From NCBI GenBank assembly GCA_027491415.1, contig JAOZFH010000007.1, positions 1-64,000 of the forward strand: DNA of 64,000 bases. Reading direction: 5' to 3'. Each line of letters begins with the position of its first letter. The first letter of the stretch is position 1. The notes below the pieces were generated by a model. It did no database searches, was not told the origin of the DNA, and was given only the letters and a program-made list of their open reading frames with translations. Below are positions 48,313-58,332 of this stretch, piece after piece. The DNA is from Thermoproteota archaeon (GTDB lineage Archaea > Korarchaeota > Korarchaeia > Korarchaeales > Korarchaeaceae). The position numbers and the translations under genes are program-made.

Positions 48313-49275
48313 ATGCCCCTGCTAGAGGTAAGGAACCTGAAGGCCTATTACCTGACCAGTAGGGGGCCCGTCAAGGCCGTGGACAACGTCTCCTTTGATC
48401 TTGAGAGGGGGGAGTCCCTGGGTCTGGCGGGCGAGTCCGGCTGCGGGAAGAGCACCCTCGGCTTTTCCCTCATCAACCTGCTTCCGCCGCCGGGGAAGAT
48501 CGTTGACGGGAGCATAAAGATAGACGGGATAGAGGTTGTGGGCAAGCCGGACGAGGAGCTTAGGAGGGAGGTCCGGTGGAAGAAGATCTCGATGATATTC
48601 CAGGGAGCCATGAACGCCCTCAACCCTGTCCTGACGATCGGCGACCAGCTCTCTGAGCCTCTAATATATCACCAGGGCGTGTCAAAGGTGGAGGCCACAG
48701 AGAGGGTGAAGGAACACCTCGAGCTGGTGGGACTCGACCCAGACATCTACAAGAGGTACCCGCACGAGCTAAGCGGCGGGATGAAGCAGAGGGCCGTCAT
48801 CGCCATGGCCCTGCTGGAGCACCCGGACGTCATCATAGCGGACGAGCCGACAACGGCTCTCGACGTCATCGTTCAGGCTCAGATCCTCAATCTTCTAAAG
48901 TCCCTGAAAAAGAAGCTTAACCTCTCCATAATCTTCATCTCCCACGACCTGGCGGTCATATCGGAGATAGCCGACAGGCTCGCGATAATGTACGCTGGCG
49001 AGATAGTTGAGATAGGACCCTCCGAAAACCTCTACCTCAACCCGCGACACCCATACACTCAGAAGCTGCTGGGCGCGATTCCGAGGCTGAAGAAGAAGGT
49101 GGAGAGACTGGAGTTCATTCCGGGAGCCCCGCCCAACCTGATACACCCGCCATCGGGCTGCAGGTTCCACCCGCGCTGCCCGTACAGGTTCGAGCCCTGC
49201 GACAAGGAGGAGCCGCCGTTCATAGAGGTCGAGCCGGGCCACTACGTGAGGTGTCACCTGTTTGCCAAGAGGTGA
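48313..49275 (+). CDS. oppD: Oligopeptide ABC ATPase (OppD)
   Basis: GESGCGKS, YPHELSGG, ADEPTTALD, HPYT. Confidence 0.92.
   Translation: MPLLEVRNLKAYYLTSRGPVKAVDNVSFDLERGESLGLAGESGCGKSTLGFSLINLLPPPGKIVDGSIKIDGIEVVGKPDEELRREVRWKKISMIFQGAMNALNPVLTIGDQLSEPLIYHQGVSKVEATERVKEHLELVGLDPDIYKRYPHELSGGMKQRAVIAMALLEHPDVIIADEPTTALDVIVQAQILNLLKSLKKKLNLSIIFISHDLAVISEIADRLAIMYAGEIVEIGPSENLYLNPRHPYTQKLLGAIPRLKKKVERLEFIPGAPPNLIHPPSGCRFHPRCPYRFEPCDKEEPPFIEVEPGHYVRCHLFAKR
49156..49243 (+). repeat. 88-bp perfect direct repeat, copy 1 (3' end of oppD)
   Basis: Identical to 50163-50250. Confidence 0.9.
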
Positions 49276-49280
49276 GGAGC

Positions 49281-50282
49281 GTGGCGGAAGTGGTGGTTAA
49301 GGTAGAAAACCTGAAGAAGTACTTCCCGCTCAGGAGATCCGTCGTTGAGTTCCTTAGGGGATCTCCACCGCGGAGCGTGAAGGCAGTGGACGATATTTCC
49401 TTTGAGATCCACAGGGGCGAGGTCTTCGCGCTGGCGGGCGAGTCCGGCTGCGGGAAGACGACCACGGGGAGGTTGATCGTGAAGCTCCTCGAGCCCACGT
49501 CTGGGAAGATCTACTTCAACGGGACCGACGTAACGACCCTCAGCAGGGAAGAGGAGAAGGAGTACAGGAAGAAGGCCCAGATAATCTTCCAAGATCCCTA
49601 CGGCTCGCTCAACCCGAGGTTCAGGGTCTACAACGTTCTGGAAGAGCCGCTTATCCTGCAGGGCATCGGAGAGACGAAGTCAGAGAGGGAGGAGCTGATC
49701 ATAAGGGCCCTAGAGAGCGTGCGCATGGTTCCCCCAGAGGAGTTCTTGGGGAGGTTCCCGCACCAGCTCTCCGGAGGTCAGAGGCAGAGGGTTGCAATAG
49801 CCAGGGCGCTCATCCTAAACCCCGAGTTCATAGTGGCCGACGAGCCGGTGTCCATGCTAGACCTGTCGATCAGGGCGGAGATACTCAACCTGATGGAGGA
49901 CGTGAAGAAGAGGTTCGGCCTGACCTACCTCTACATCACCCACGACCTTTCCACGGCTCGGTACTTCTCAGATAGGATCGCCATAATGTACCTCGGCAAG
50001 ATCGTCGAGCTCGCAGATTCGGACACCCTAGTTGAGAACCCGCTGCACCCCTACACAAAGGCGCTCATAGCCGCCGTCCCTGAGCCCGAGCCCAGCATGA
50101 AAGACGTGATCAAGGAGATCCCCATCAAGGGAGAGGTCCCGAGCGCCGCCAACGTCCCGCCCGGCTGCAGGTTCCACCCGCGCTGCCCGTACAGGTTCGA
50201 GCCCTGCGACAAGGAGGAGCCGCCGTTCATAGAGGTCGAGCCGGGCCACTGGGTGGCCTGCCACCTGTACTCCAAGAGGTGA
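49281..50282 (+). CDS. oppF: Oligopeptide ABC ATPase (OppF)
   Basis: GESGCGKTT, FPHQLSGGQRQR, ADEPVSMLD, HPYT; SD GAGGAG before GTG 49281. Confidence 0.92.
   Translation: MAEVVVKVENLKKYFPLRRSVVEFLRGSPPRSVKAVDDISFEIHRGEVFALAGESGCGKTTTGRLIVKLLEPTSGKIYFNGTDVTTLSREEEKEYRKKAQIIFQDPYGSLNPRFRVYNVLEEPLILQGIGETKSEREELIIRALESVRMVPPEEFLGRFPHQLSGGQRQRVAIARALILNPEFIVADEPVSMLDLSIRAEILNLMEDVKKRFGLTYLYITHDLSTARYFSDRIAIMYLGKIVELADSDTLVENPLHPYTKALIAAVPEPEPSMKDVIKEIPIKGEVPSAANVPPGCRFHPRCPYRFEPCDKEEPPFIEVEPGHWVACHLYSKR
50163..50250 (+). repeat. 88-bp perfect direct repeat, copy 2 (3' end of oppF)
   Basis: Identical to 49156-49243. Confidence 0.9.
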
Positions 50283-50345
50283 GGGGGCAATTTGAGACAC
50301 CGCGGCCCCCCACCCACCATTTTCGCGCTCTCTGAGCCTCCTCCA

Positions 50346-50555
50346 ATGGAGTCGATCGTTCCCCGGGCAGTCAGGCTGACTGTGCTGGGTCTGACCCTCC
50401 TTTTGATCGCTCTTGTGCTCTCCTTCGCCATGGTAATGGATTGGAAGACCCCGGATTTCCCAAGCGTCATGGTGGCGTTTATGTCGGCTGTGGCGGGGAC
50501 CGTCCTGAGCTACTTGGGCCTGTATGGTCTCTTGGCGAGGCCTAGACGTGTTTAA
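50346..50555 (+). CDS. Small two-TM hypothetical membrane protein
   Basis: Two hydrophobic helices, basic C-terminus; fills an intergenic gap. Confidence 0.45.
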   Translation: MESIVPRAVRLTVLGLTLLLIALVLSFAMVMDWKTPDFPSVMVAFMSAVAGTVLSYLGLYGLLARPRRV

Positions 50556-50580
50556 GAACACTGGACTCAGCTAAACTCGG

Positions 50581-51372
50581 TCAGAGGGCCTCTTCCTCTC
50601 TCCTCTTGGCCTTCACCATTCTCTCAACCACTTTGGGGGGGAGGGCAACGTCTTCTGCCCTCATGTCCCCCGGCCGGAGGACGACCAACCCGCGCCCATC
50701 CTCGATGGAGATCTCGTACATCCTGAGGTCGTGGGGGGTCTGCCTCATCTTCTCGACCATCACGTACCTGCGCAGAACCCCGCTCCGCACGAACCTCCGA
50801 AAGCGGATGATGCCGTCGGCGACGTGCTCTATCCCCCAGCCAAAGGCCTCTGAAGTCGTTATGGCGTACTGGCTGACGGCTAGGACCGTGAAGTCCCACC
50901 TGGACAGGACCTTCTTCACGTAGTAGCTGTACTTCCTGGCCATAGCCGGCTTGTCGAGCCAGAAGGCGCTCATGCTGTCGATCACCAGCCTCGCCCTCCC
51001 GTAGCCTAGGTACCTCTTGGCCTTCAGGACGATCTCCACCAGGTCCTCCGGGTTGAGGGAGCGGAGGGACCACTGGTCGCTGGCCCTGCCCATGAGGGCG
51101 TCGATCACCACGGCCTTGCCCTCGGCGACGGCGCCCCTGAGATCCATGTTGAACTGCTCGGCCTGGCTCAGTATCGACTCTCTGCTCTCCTCCGTGGTCA
51201 CGTAGACGACCTTGTCTCCCTCCTTAACCCCCTGCCACGAGAAGTGCAGGCAGAAGATGGTCTTTCCAGTCCCGGGCTCTCCCGTCACGGCTACGAGGAA
51301 CCCCCTGGGTATGCCGCTGCCCAGCATGCCGTCAATTCCCGGGACGCCGGTGCTCAGCCTCTCTACGGGCAC
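50581..51372 (-). CDS. Single-domain KaiC/RAD55-family ATPase
   Basis: RLSTGVPGID, GEPGTGKT, YVTTEE, LVIDS, EHVADGII, EKMR.T.H. Confidence 0.9.
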   Translation of the reverse strand: MPVERLSTGVPGIDGMLGSGIPRGFLVAVTGEPGTGKTIFCLHFSWQGVKEGDKVVYVTTEESRESILSQAEQFNMDLRGAVAEGKAVVIDALMGRASDQWSLRSLNPEDLVEIVLKAKRYLGYGRARLVIDSMSAFWLDKPAMARKYSYYVKKVLSRWDFTVLAVSQYAITTSEAFGWGIEHVADGIIRFRRFVRSGVLRRYVMVEKMRQTPHDLRMYEISIEDGRGLVVLRPGDMRAEDVALPPKVVERMVKAKRREEEAL

Positions 51373-51450
51373 CTTGTAAGGAGGCCCCCTTCGGGCTCAT
51401 AAATGGCGCGCTTAAGTGGTCCCTCTGCCGATGGGCGAGGTCGACCGAAG

Positions 51451-51885
51451 ATGCGTCGTCTGAGTCTTGAGGAAGCGGGTGTGTTCCACGGGCACCTGGG
51501 GCCCTACCTGACCCTGGGGTACCTTGCGGGGGAGCTGGCCGTCTCTCAGCTCGATCCCCAGTCGGAGTTCGACCTCACGGTCAGGGTCGAGCTCCCCCTG
51601 AGGAGGCCGGAGACCTGCTTCTTGGATGGCGTCCAGTGCTCGTCGCGCTGCACGCTGGGCAAGCTCAGCATCGAGGTTGCCGAGTCCCCCTCCGGCAAGG
51701 GGATTTTCGCCACCTTTATGAACGTCAAGTCGGGCGAGAGGCTAGAGGTCGCCGTGAGAGAGGAGGTCCTAGCGAAGCTCCGGTCGATGGAGGGAAGCCT
51801 GAGCGAAGCGGTAGACTGGGTCCTCTCTCAGCCGGTGGATTCACTCTTCAGGGTGCGCCGCTCGAGGGGCCCGAGCCTGGGCTGA
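51451..51885 (+). CDS. FmdE/FwdE-family protein
   Basis: FHGHLGP.L.LG, CFLDGVQ...CTLGK. Confidence 0.85.
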   Translation: MRRLSLEEAGVFHGHLGPYLTLGYLAGELAVSQLDPQSEFDLTVRVELPLRRPETCFLDGVQCSSRCTLGKLSIEVAESPSGKGIFATFMNVKSGERLEVAVREEVLAKLRSMEGSLSEAVDWVLSQPVDSLFRVRRSRGPSLG

Positions 51886-52423
51886 CTTCCCCCAATTGAA
51901 TCGCCTGCCAAGCCAAGAGGATTCCGAGCGCAGTCTTCAGGTCGCGAATGAGCCCCGTTCGGACCATGCGGACGGCCTCTCGAAGCGGCATTCTCACGAC
52001 CTCCAAGAACTCGTCCTCCTCTAAGTCGCGTTCAACGTGCTCCAGGTCCAGCCCCAGGAAAATCGCCAACCTCTCGCTCCCGTATCCAGGGGTGGGGTAC
52101 CCTTCGAAGAGCCTGACCAACCTCCCCGCCCGCAGGCCCGCCTCCTCCACCAGCTCCCTGGACGCGCACTCCTCTAGGGTCTCCCCCTCCTCCCTGGTAC
52201 CCGCGGGGATCTCCAGGAGGTCCTCGCCCACCGCGTACCTCCACTGCCTCACGAGATATACGGCCCCCGCCTCCACCGGGACGACGGCCGCGGCTCCCGG
52301 GTGTTCGACGAGCGGCCTCTCCCTCTCTCCAGACCTCGTCCGGATTCGGATCGCCCTGACTCTTATCGGCCAGAGGACGAACTCGCCCCCAGGGCGCACC
52401 TCACCGCCTCTCTCCCCATCCAT
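51848..52423 (-). CDS. NUDIX hydrolase (ADP-ribose pyrophosphatase-like)
   Basis: VEHPGAA, VRQWRY, EIPAG, Nudix box G...E...ASRELVEEAG, PTPG. Confidence 0.9.
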   Translation of the reverse strand: MDGERGGEVRPGGEFVLWPIRVRAIRIRTRSGERERPLVEHPGAAAVVPVEAGAVYLVRQWRYAVGEDLLEIPAGTREEGETLEECASRELVEEAGLRAGRLVRLFEGYPTPGYGSERLAIFLGLDLEHVERDLEEDEFLEVVRMPLREAVRMVRTGLIRDLKTALGILLAWQAIQLGEVSPGSGPSSGAP

Positions 52424-53783
52424 TGAGCCTCACCCCCCGTAACGCCCTCAGGACCTCGTTAACGAGCTTCTCCGCCTCCCCTCTCAACTTGGACTCGGCG
52501 GTCACGCGTATCAGGGGTTGCGTGTTCGACGCACGTATCAGCACCCACGATTCGCCGAACCAGGCCTTCACCCCGTCCAGCCGATCGACCCTGTCTGCCG
52601 CCCCGGCAATCTTCTCGGCGACGGCCTCCACCACGGTCCTCTTCAGCTCGTCTGGACACTCGACCGAGGCCGAGGTCATGTGGTACCTGGGGAGAGAATC
52701 GACCAGGGCGGATAAGGGGCCCAGGCGATCGACGACCTCGACCATCTTCAGCGCAGCGAACGTGGCGTCGTCTGTCCCGCCGAGTTCGATGAAGTACAGG
52801 TGCCCGCTCCGCTCCCCACCCAGGACCGCGCCAACCTCCAGCATCTTCTCCTTGACGAACGCGCTGCCCACCCTCACCTCAACGGGTACCCCGCCGAGCC
52901 CCTTCACGACATCCCTCACGACCGACGAGGAGGAGACGTCGAAGACGACGGCCCCCCCCGGGTGATCCTCCAGGTACATCATGCTCAGGATCGCGAGGGC
53001 TTGGTCTCCCGTCAGCACCCTACCGCGATCGTCAACGTAGGCGGACCTGTCGCCGTCTCCGTCGAACGCCACGCCCAGATCGTACCCTCCCCTCCGAACC
53101 TCACCCCTCAGCTCACCCAAGTGCTCGGGTAGGGGCTCCGGTGGGTGGGATGGGAACCTCCCATCTATCTCTCCATTCAGAACCCTCACCTCGCATCCAA
53201 TTTGACTCAAAGCCTGTGGGGCGGTGAGAGCGGCCACCCCGCTCGACGTATCCACCGCGACTCTGTGCGAGCCGCCGACGGACGCCAGGTCGGAGATCTC
53301 CGTGACGTATTCATCCAGGATCTCGAGCCCTCTTCTGGTGCCCCTCTCCCCGGACACGAGCATACTGAGATCGGAAAGAGCCAGCTCCTCGACTACCTCC
53401 AGTCCGAACCCGCGAGCGAGCGGCTTAGCATCTTCTTTGACAAGCTTGAAGCCGTTCCACTCGGGGGGGTTGTGACTGGCTGTCACCATCGCTCCCCCTC
53501 TGGCCCCGAGTCTCCTGACGGCCCAGTAGAACGCGGGCGTGGGCACCATCCCGATGTCCAGCACGGAGCACCCGCGATCCAAGAGGCCCTCAATCACTCC
53601 GGAGGCCAATTGCGGGGAGGACAGCCGGCCGTCCCTGCCGACCACCACGTCGCCGCACCTGAGGTACTCTCCCAGAGCGAGTCCAACCCTGTACGCCCCC
53701 CCCGCATCTAGGTCTCTACCGTAGACCCCCCTGATGTCGTACTCACGGAAACAGGTGCGCGACAGCAGGCCGTCACTTCCCAT
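52401..53783 (-). CDS. Phosphomannomutase/phosphoglucomutase
   Basis: FREYDIRG, TASHNP, FDGDGDR, GERSGH, IRASNTQP. Confidence 0.93.
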   Translation of the reverse strand: MGSDGLLSRTCFREYDIRGVYGRDLDAGGAYRVGLALGEYLRCGDVVVGRDGRLSSPQLASGVIEGLLDRGCSVLDIGMVPTPAFYWAVRRLGARGGAMVTASHNPPEWNGFKLVKEDAKPLARGFGLEVVEELALSDLSMLVSGERGTRRGLEILDEYVTEISDLASVGGSHRVAVDTSSGVAALTAPQALSQIGCEVRVLNGEIDGRFPSHPPEPLPEHLGELRGEVRRGGYDLGVAFDGDGDRSAYVDDRGRVLTGDQALAILSMMYLEDHPGGAVVFDVSSSSVVRDVVKGLGGVPVEVRVGSAFVKEKMLEVGAVLGGERSGHLYFIELGGTDDATFAALKMVEVVDRLGPLSALVDSLPRYHMTSASVECPDELKRTVVEAVAEKIAGAADRVDRLDGVKAWFGESWVLIRASNTQPLIRVTAESKLRGEAEKLVNEVLRALRGVRLNGWGERR

Positions 53784-54594
53784 AGCGCCTCTGCCTCCTC
53801 TGAAAGTCTCTGATGGCCCTGAGGAAGTCCACCTTCCTTAGAGCTGGCAGATAGGCCTCCATGAAGTAGAACTCGGAGTAGGCGGAGTGCCACAGGAGAA
53901 AGTTGCTTATGCGCTCCTCCCCCGAGGTCCTTATGATCAGGTCCGGATCGGGAACGTCCGGAAGGTAGAGGAACTTCTTGAACGTCCCCTCGTCTATCTC
54001 ATCGGGGCTGAGCTCCCCAGCTTTTACCTTCCTGGCGATTTCCCTCACCGCGTCGATTATCTCAGCCCTCCCTCCGTAGGCGAGCGCCACGTTGACCGTC
54101 CGCTCCCCAAAGTCCCTCGTGGCTGACTCCAGCCGTCGGGTCGCTTCCTTGAGGTCCTCTGGGAGGAGATCGAGCCTGCCAATGAACCTAACCCTGACCC
54201 CCCTCCTCCTGAGGTCGTCGAGCTCGCTCCTGAGCCGGTCAATCTCCTCTCGGATGACTGACAGAACGGCTCTGACCTGTTCCGGAGGTCTCGAGAAGTT
54301 TTCAGTCGAGAAGGCGAAAAGGGTAACGTGCTTGACGCCGATCTCGTCGCACCACTCAAGTATCTCCCTGACCTTCGCGGCCCCGAGCCTGTAGCCCTCA
54401 GCGATGTCGAGCCCCATCGATCTGGCGAACCTCCTGTTTCCGTCGAGGATTATCCCGATGTGCTCAGGAATCGCGCCCTCACGGACTTTGCGGGACAGGT
54501 ACCTCTCGTATACGGGGATCTGTATCCTTCCCAGAAGGGAGTAGACGAGGTCCCCCAGCCTGACCGTGAGAGACCTTCCTCGGATCTCGGCGAT
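53773..54594 (-). CDS. uppS: cis-prenyltransferase (UppS family); inferred non-canonical ATC start at 54594
   Basis: HIGIILDGNRRFA lies in frame upstream of the first ATG (54417); FAFSTENF.RP, AYGGR.EI, PDLIIRTSGE.RISNFLLW. Confidence 0.9.
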   Translation of the reverse strand: MAEIRGRSLTVRLGDLVYSLLGRIQIPVYERYLSRKVREGAIPEHIGIILDGNRRFARSMGLDIAEGYRLGAAKVREILEWCDEIGVKHVTLFAFSTENFSRPPEQVRAVLSVIREEIDRLRSELDDLRRRGVRVRFIGRLDLLPEDLKEATRRLESATRDFGERTVNVALAYGGRAEIIDAVREIARKVKAGELSPDEIDEGTFKKFLYLPDVPDPDLIIRTSGEERISNFLLWHSAYSEFYFMEAYLPALRKVDFLRAIRDFQRRQRRYGK

Positions 54595-54615
54595 GGGACC
54601 TCACCCCAGGCGCTA

Positions 54616-55545
54616 TCAGAGCTTGGTTAGCGCGACCTCCAGCTGCTCCCTCGGGATCTCGAACTCGACCACAACGACGCCGTCGCCGGAGTAGGATTCT
54701 GTGGGAGAGAGGCTCACGCCCTGCAGGGAGGAGAGGTTGGATACGGCGCGCTCGAGGACCTCTGGGCTCAGCTCACCCGTCCCCCCCGTCGCCGCAGCGG
54801 CCCGCAGCCTCACACCCCCCTCCTCGTCTATGCCGAGCGTGAGGACAACCCTCCTGGCCTGGACGCCTATGAGGTCTCCGCCGCCCGCCCTGAGCTTCAG
54901 TTGTCTGAGGCCGGAAGACGTGATTGCGAAGGCCTTCCTCATCCCCTCGTCGTCAAACAGCTTCTCACCCTCGGACAGCGTCAGGAGCTGCTCCAGGGCG
55001 GCCTTGGCCTCTTTGGGGGAGCCCCACACCAGGACCATCAGGTCATCTCTGAAGGCCGCCAGGGAGGCGTAGTCCCTGTCCCTCTTTCCATCCGGCATTC
55101 GGCCTACGGCGAAGAAGACGGTGAAGCCCGAGTGCCTGTATCTCAGAGTCCCACTCACGGCCATCGCCTTGTAGAGCCGCCTCGCACTCTCGTTCTTCAG
55201 TAGGTAAATCGTGGCTCTGGTGGGGACGGGAGAGTCGCAATCGGCCAGGCAGCCGCCCGGCGGGAGGACAAGCACCTCCACATCTTTTGGTGCGAAGGTC
55301 GCCCCCCTTACACCGAGAAGCTGTATGCTCGGCCCGGTGAGGTGCTTCTCCAGCTCGGGATCCCCCGACCAACGCCCAAGGAAGAGGGCGGTCACCTGAT
55401 CCCAGCCCGTGGGCACCACATCCATCCATGGCTCGTGTTGGAACGTATACTCTCGCAGGGGGTTGTTACGAAGTCGCGGGTAAAGGAGCGCCACTGAGGC
55501 TACAGCTACTGCAACCAGCGCCAGGGCCGCGACTCTCCTCATCAT
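54616..55545 (-). CDS. Hypothetical membrane-anchored protein
   Basis: N-terminal signal/TM; co-oriented upstream of uppS; TATA-like cttaaata upstream. Confidence 0.6.
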   Translation of the reverse strand: MMRRVAALALVAVAVASVALLYPRLRNNPLREYTFQHEPWMDVVPTGWDQVTALFLGRWSGDPELEKHLTGPSIQLLGVRGATFAPKDVEVLVLPPGGCLADCDSPVPTRATIYLLKNESARRLYKAMAVSGTLRYRHSGFTVFFAVGRMPDGKRDRDYASLAAFRDDLMVLVWGSPKEAKAALEQLLTLSEGEKLFDDEGMRKAFAITSSGLRQLKLRAGGGDLIGVQARRVVLTLGIDEEGGVRLRAAAATGGTGELSPEVLERAVSNLSSLQGVSLSPTESYSGDGVVVVEFEIPREQLEVALTKL

Positions 55546-55667
55546 GCTCGAGCGAGAACCGTCTTGGGATTATTTAAGGAAGATTTTGCGTTCTCCGTGC
55601 GGCGCTTCCGCCGCATCTACACCCTTACAAAGTATTTATCCCGCATGGGGGTGGTCCCGCGACGGAG

Positions 55668-58325
55668 ATGGGACGCCCCTGGCACGCGATGACCGTCGAA
55701 GAGATCCTAAACGAGTTAAAGACGTCTCTCAATGGTCTATCCTCCCGAGAGGCGTCTGTTAGGCTTCGAGAATTCGGCCCTAACGAGCTTGAAGAGACCA
55801 AGAAGAGGGGAGTGTCGGAGATATTCGTCGACCAATTCAAGAGCGTCCTAGTGGCGCTCCTGATCTTCGCCGCCCTCTTCAGCGTCCTAATCAGGGAGTA
55901 CGTGGACGCCGCTGCGATAGGAGCAATCTTGGTTGTGAACTCTATCCTGGGGACGGTTCAGGAGTACAGGGCAGAGCAGGCCCTCGAGGCCCTGAAACGG
56001 CTCGCCGCCCCGAGGGCAACCGTGATCAGGGACGGCGTGCAGGTGAAGATCGCCTCTCCCGAGGTCGTGCCCGGGGACATAATCGTCCTCCAGGCGGGCG
56101 ACAGGGTCCCGGCAGACGCCAGACTCATCGAGAGCGCGCACCTGAAGGTGGACGAGTCGGTTCTCACCGGAGAGTCGGTTCCCGTCGAGAAGTTCGCGGA
56201 CCTGGTGCTGGACGAGGACACCCCCCTGCCGGAGCGGAGGAACATGGTCTACTCCTCAACTGTCGTGGCCTACGGGCGCGGCAAGGCCGTGGTGGTCGAG
56301 ACGGGAATGAACACGGAGATAGGCAGGATCGCGGCCATGGTGCAGCTGGAGGAGAAGGAGGAAACGCCCCTGCAGAGGAGGCTGGACAGCTTCGGAAAGA
56401 AGCTGGGGGGCTTCATACTCCTCCTGACCGCCCTCGTGACCGTCGAGGGAATCTACGAGCTTGGAGGGCTCGAGAGCCTGTCCGTCCTCGAGGAGGTCGT
56501 GCTGACCGGAATAAGCTTGGCAGTCTCCGCCGTTCCGGAGGGGCTTCCGGCCGTCGTCACGGTGGCCCTCGCCATAGGCGTTCAGAGGATGGCCTCGAGG
56601 AATGCCATTGTCAGGAGGCTGGCCGCCGTCGAGACCTTGGGGAGCGCCACGGTCATCGCCACCGACAAGACCGGCACGATAACCATGAACGAGATGACCG
56701 TCCGGCAGGTCTGGGTGTCGGGGAGGCTGCTGGACGTTGGCTCTCTAGAGCTCTCTTTGGCCCCTGAGATAAGCTTACACTCCCCGGTCGACGCCCTAGT
56801 AAAGGGGTCAGTCCTCTGCAACGACTCAGACGTTGAGGAGCGCGGTGGGAAGTTGGTGAGGGTTGGGGACCCGACGGAGCTGGCTCTTCTCTCAATGGCC
56901 CGGAACCTGAGAGTAGACCACAGGGAACTCAGAAGGCTCTATCCCCGCGTGGCTGAGGTTCCGTTTGACTCGTCGAGGAAGAGGATGACGACCTTCCACT
57001 CCATGGGAGGGGAGATGCTCGCCTTCACGAAGGGCGCGCCGGAGGTCGTACTCTCGCTCTGCGACAGAGTGCTCTGGGATGGGGGCGAGCTCAGGGAGCT
57101 TGACGAAGAGCTGCGGGCGAAGATAAATGGGGTCACGAGGGACATGGCGGCCAGGGCCTTGAGGGTCCTCGCGGTCGCTTACAGGAGGATCCCCGAGGGG
57201 GAGGAGCTGGGGGCCCACCAGGAGTCAGGCATGGTGCTGGTTGGCCTGGTGGGCATGATGGACCCTCCGAGGCCGGAGGTTCCAGACGCGGTGCGGAAGG
57301 CTAAGAGGGCTGGGATCAGGATCGTGATGGTCACGGGAGACCACGCGCTCACGGCCGCCGCCGTGGCGAAGGAGGTGGGAATCGACGACTCCGGCAGGGT
57401 CGTAACCGGGTGGGAGCTCGACTCAATGAGCGACGAGGAGCTCCAGGAGGTCGTCAGAGAGGTATCCGTGTTCGCCAGGGTGAGCCCCGAGCACAAGCTC
57501 CGGATACTGAAGGCCCTGAAGGCCGGCGGAGACATCGTGGCCATGACCGGAGACGGCGTGAATGACGCCCCCGCCGTCAAGAAGGCTGACATAGGCATAG
57601 CCATGGGCGTCAGGGGATCTGACGTGACTAGAGAGGCCTCGGACATGGTCCTGACGGACGACAACTTCGCAACAATCGTAAACGCCATAGAGGAGGGACG
57701 TCGAATCTACGAGAATATTCGGAAGTTCGTCAGGCTCCTCCTGTCCGCGAACTGGGACGAGATAATGGTGGTCTCCGCCGCGGCATTTCTGGATCTCCCC
57801 CTGCCCTTCCTCCCGCTCCAGATCCTGTGGCTCAACCTGCTGACGGACGGTTTGCCCGCCATGGCGCTCGGCCTTGACCCGCCAGACGAGGACGTTATGG
57901 AGAGGCCCCCAAGGGACCCGAATGAGGAGATATATCACGGCATGCTGTGGTACATCGTAGTGGCCGCCTTGGTCGCGGCCGCCGCTTCCCTCGTGCCATT
58001 CTGGCTCGAGCTGAAGGTGACCGGAGATGTTGCGCGTGCGAGGACGCTCGCCTTCACCATAGCCGTCGTCTTTGAGCTGTTCTTGTCCTTGAACTGCAGG
58101 TCTCCCAGGAAGTACGTCTACACATCTTGGTCCGCCATCACCGCCAACAAGGCCCTGTTGCTGGCGGTCGCATCCTCCTTCGCGCTTCAACTGGCCGCGA
58201 TATACCTCCCCCCACTTCAGCTCGTGTTCAAGACCGCTCCGCTCAACTTCAGGGACTGGGTACTGGTGCTGATCGGCGCGTCGGGCGGGATAATCTTGTA
58301 CCCTGGGCTGCTGGAGAGGGAGTGA
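55668..58325 (+). CDS. P-type cation-transporting ATPase (P2A, Ca2+-type)
   Basis: TGES, PEGL, DKTGT, KGAPE, TGDH, TGDGVND, NLLTDGLPA. Confidence 0.95.
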   Translation: MGRPWHAMTVEEILNELKTSLNGLSSREASVRLREFGPNELEETKKRGVSEIFVDQFKSVLVALLIFAALFSVLIREYVDAAAIGAILVVNSILGTVQEYRAEQALEALKRLAAPRATVIRDGVQVKIASPEVVPGDIIVLQAGDRVPADARLIESAHLKVDESVLTGESVPVEKFADLVLDEDTPLPERRNMVYSSTVVAYGRGKAVVVETGMNTEIGRIAAMVQLEEKEETPLQRRLDSFGKKLGGFILLLTALVTVEGIYELGGLESLSVLEEVVLTGISLAVSAVPEGLPAVVTVALAIGVQRMASRNAIVRRLAAVETLGSATVIATDKTGTITMNEMTVRQVWVSGRLLDVGSLELSLAPEISLHSPVDALVKGSVLCNDSDVEERGGKLVRVGDPTELALLSMARNLRVDHRELRRLYPRVAEVPFDSSRKRMTTFHSMGGEMLAFTKGAPEVVLSLCDRVLWDGGELRELDEELRAKINGVTRDMAARALRVLAVAYRRIPEGEELGAHQESGMVLVGLVGMMDPPRPEVPDAVRKAKRAGIRIVMVTGDHALTAAAVAKEVGIDDSGRVVTGWELDSMSDEELQEVVREVSVFARVSPEHKLRILKALKAGGDIVAMTGDGVNDAPAVKKADIGIAMGVRGSDVTREASDMVLTDDNFATIVNAIEEGRRIYENIRKFVRLLLSANWDEIMVVSAAAFLDLPLPFLPLQILWLNLLTDGLPAMALGLDPPDEDVMERPPRDPNEEIYHGMLWYIVVAALVAAAASLVPFWLELKVTGDVARARTLAFTIAVVFELFLSLNCRSPRKYVYTSWSAITANKALLLAVASSFALQLAAIYLPPLQLVFKTAPLNFRDWVLVLIGASGGIILYPGLLERE

Positions 58326-58332
58326 GGGTTCG

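Noticed and set aside
49156-50250. oppD/oppF repeat as a diversity-generating retroelement TR/VR pair
   Set aside because: The copies are identical with no adenine-specific differences, and there is no reverse transcriptase in the window.
50581-51372. KaiC-like gene as a circadian clock
   Set aside because: Single-domain archaeal KaiC/RAD55 protein with no kaiA or kaiB; common in archaea.
51451-51885. FmdE as evidence of methanogenesis
   Set aside because: Stand-alone FmdE domains are widespread; no fwd or mcr genes in the window.
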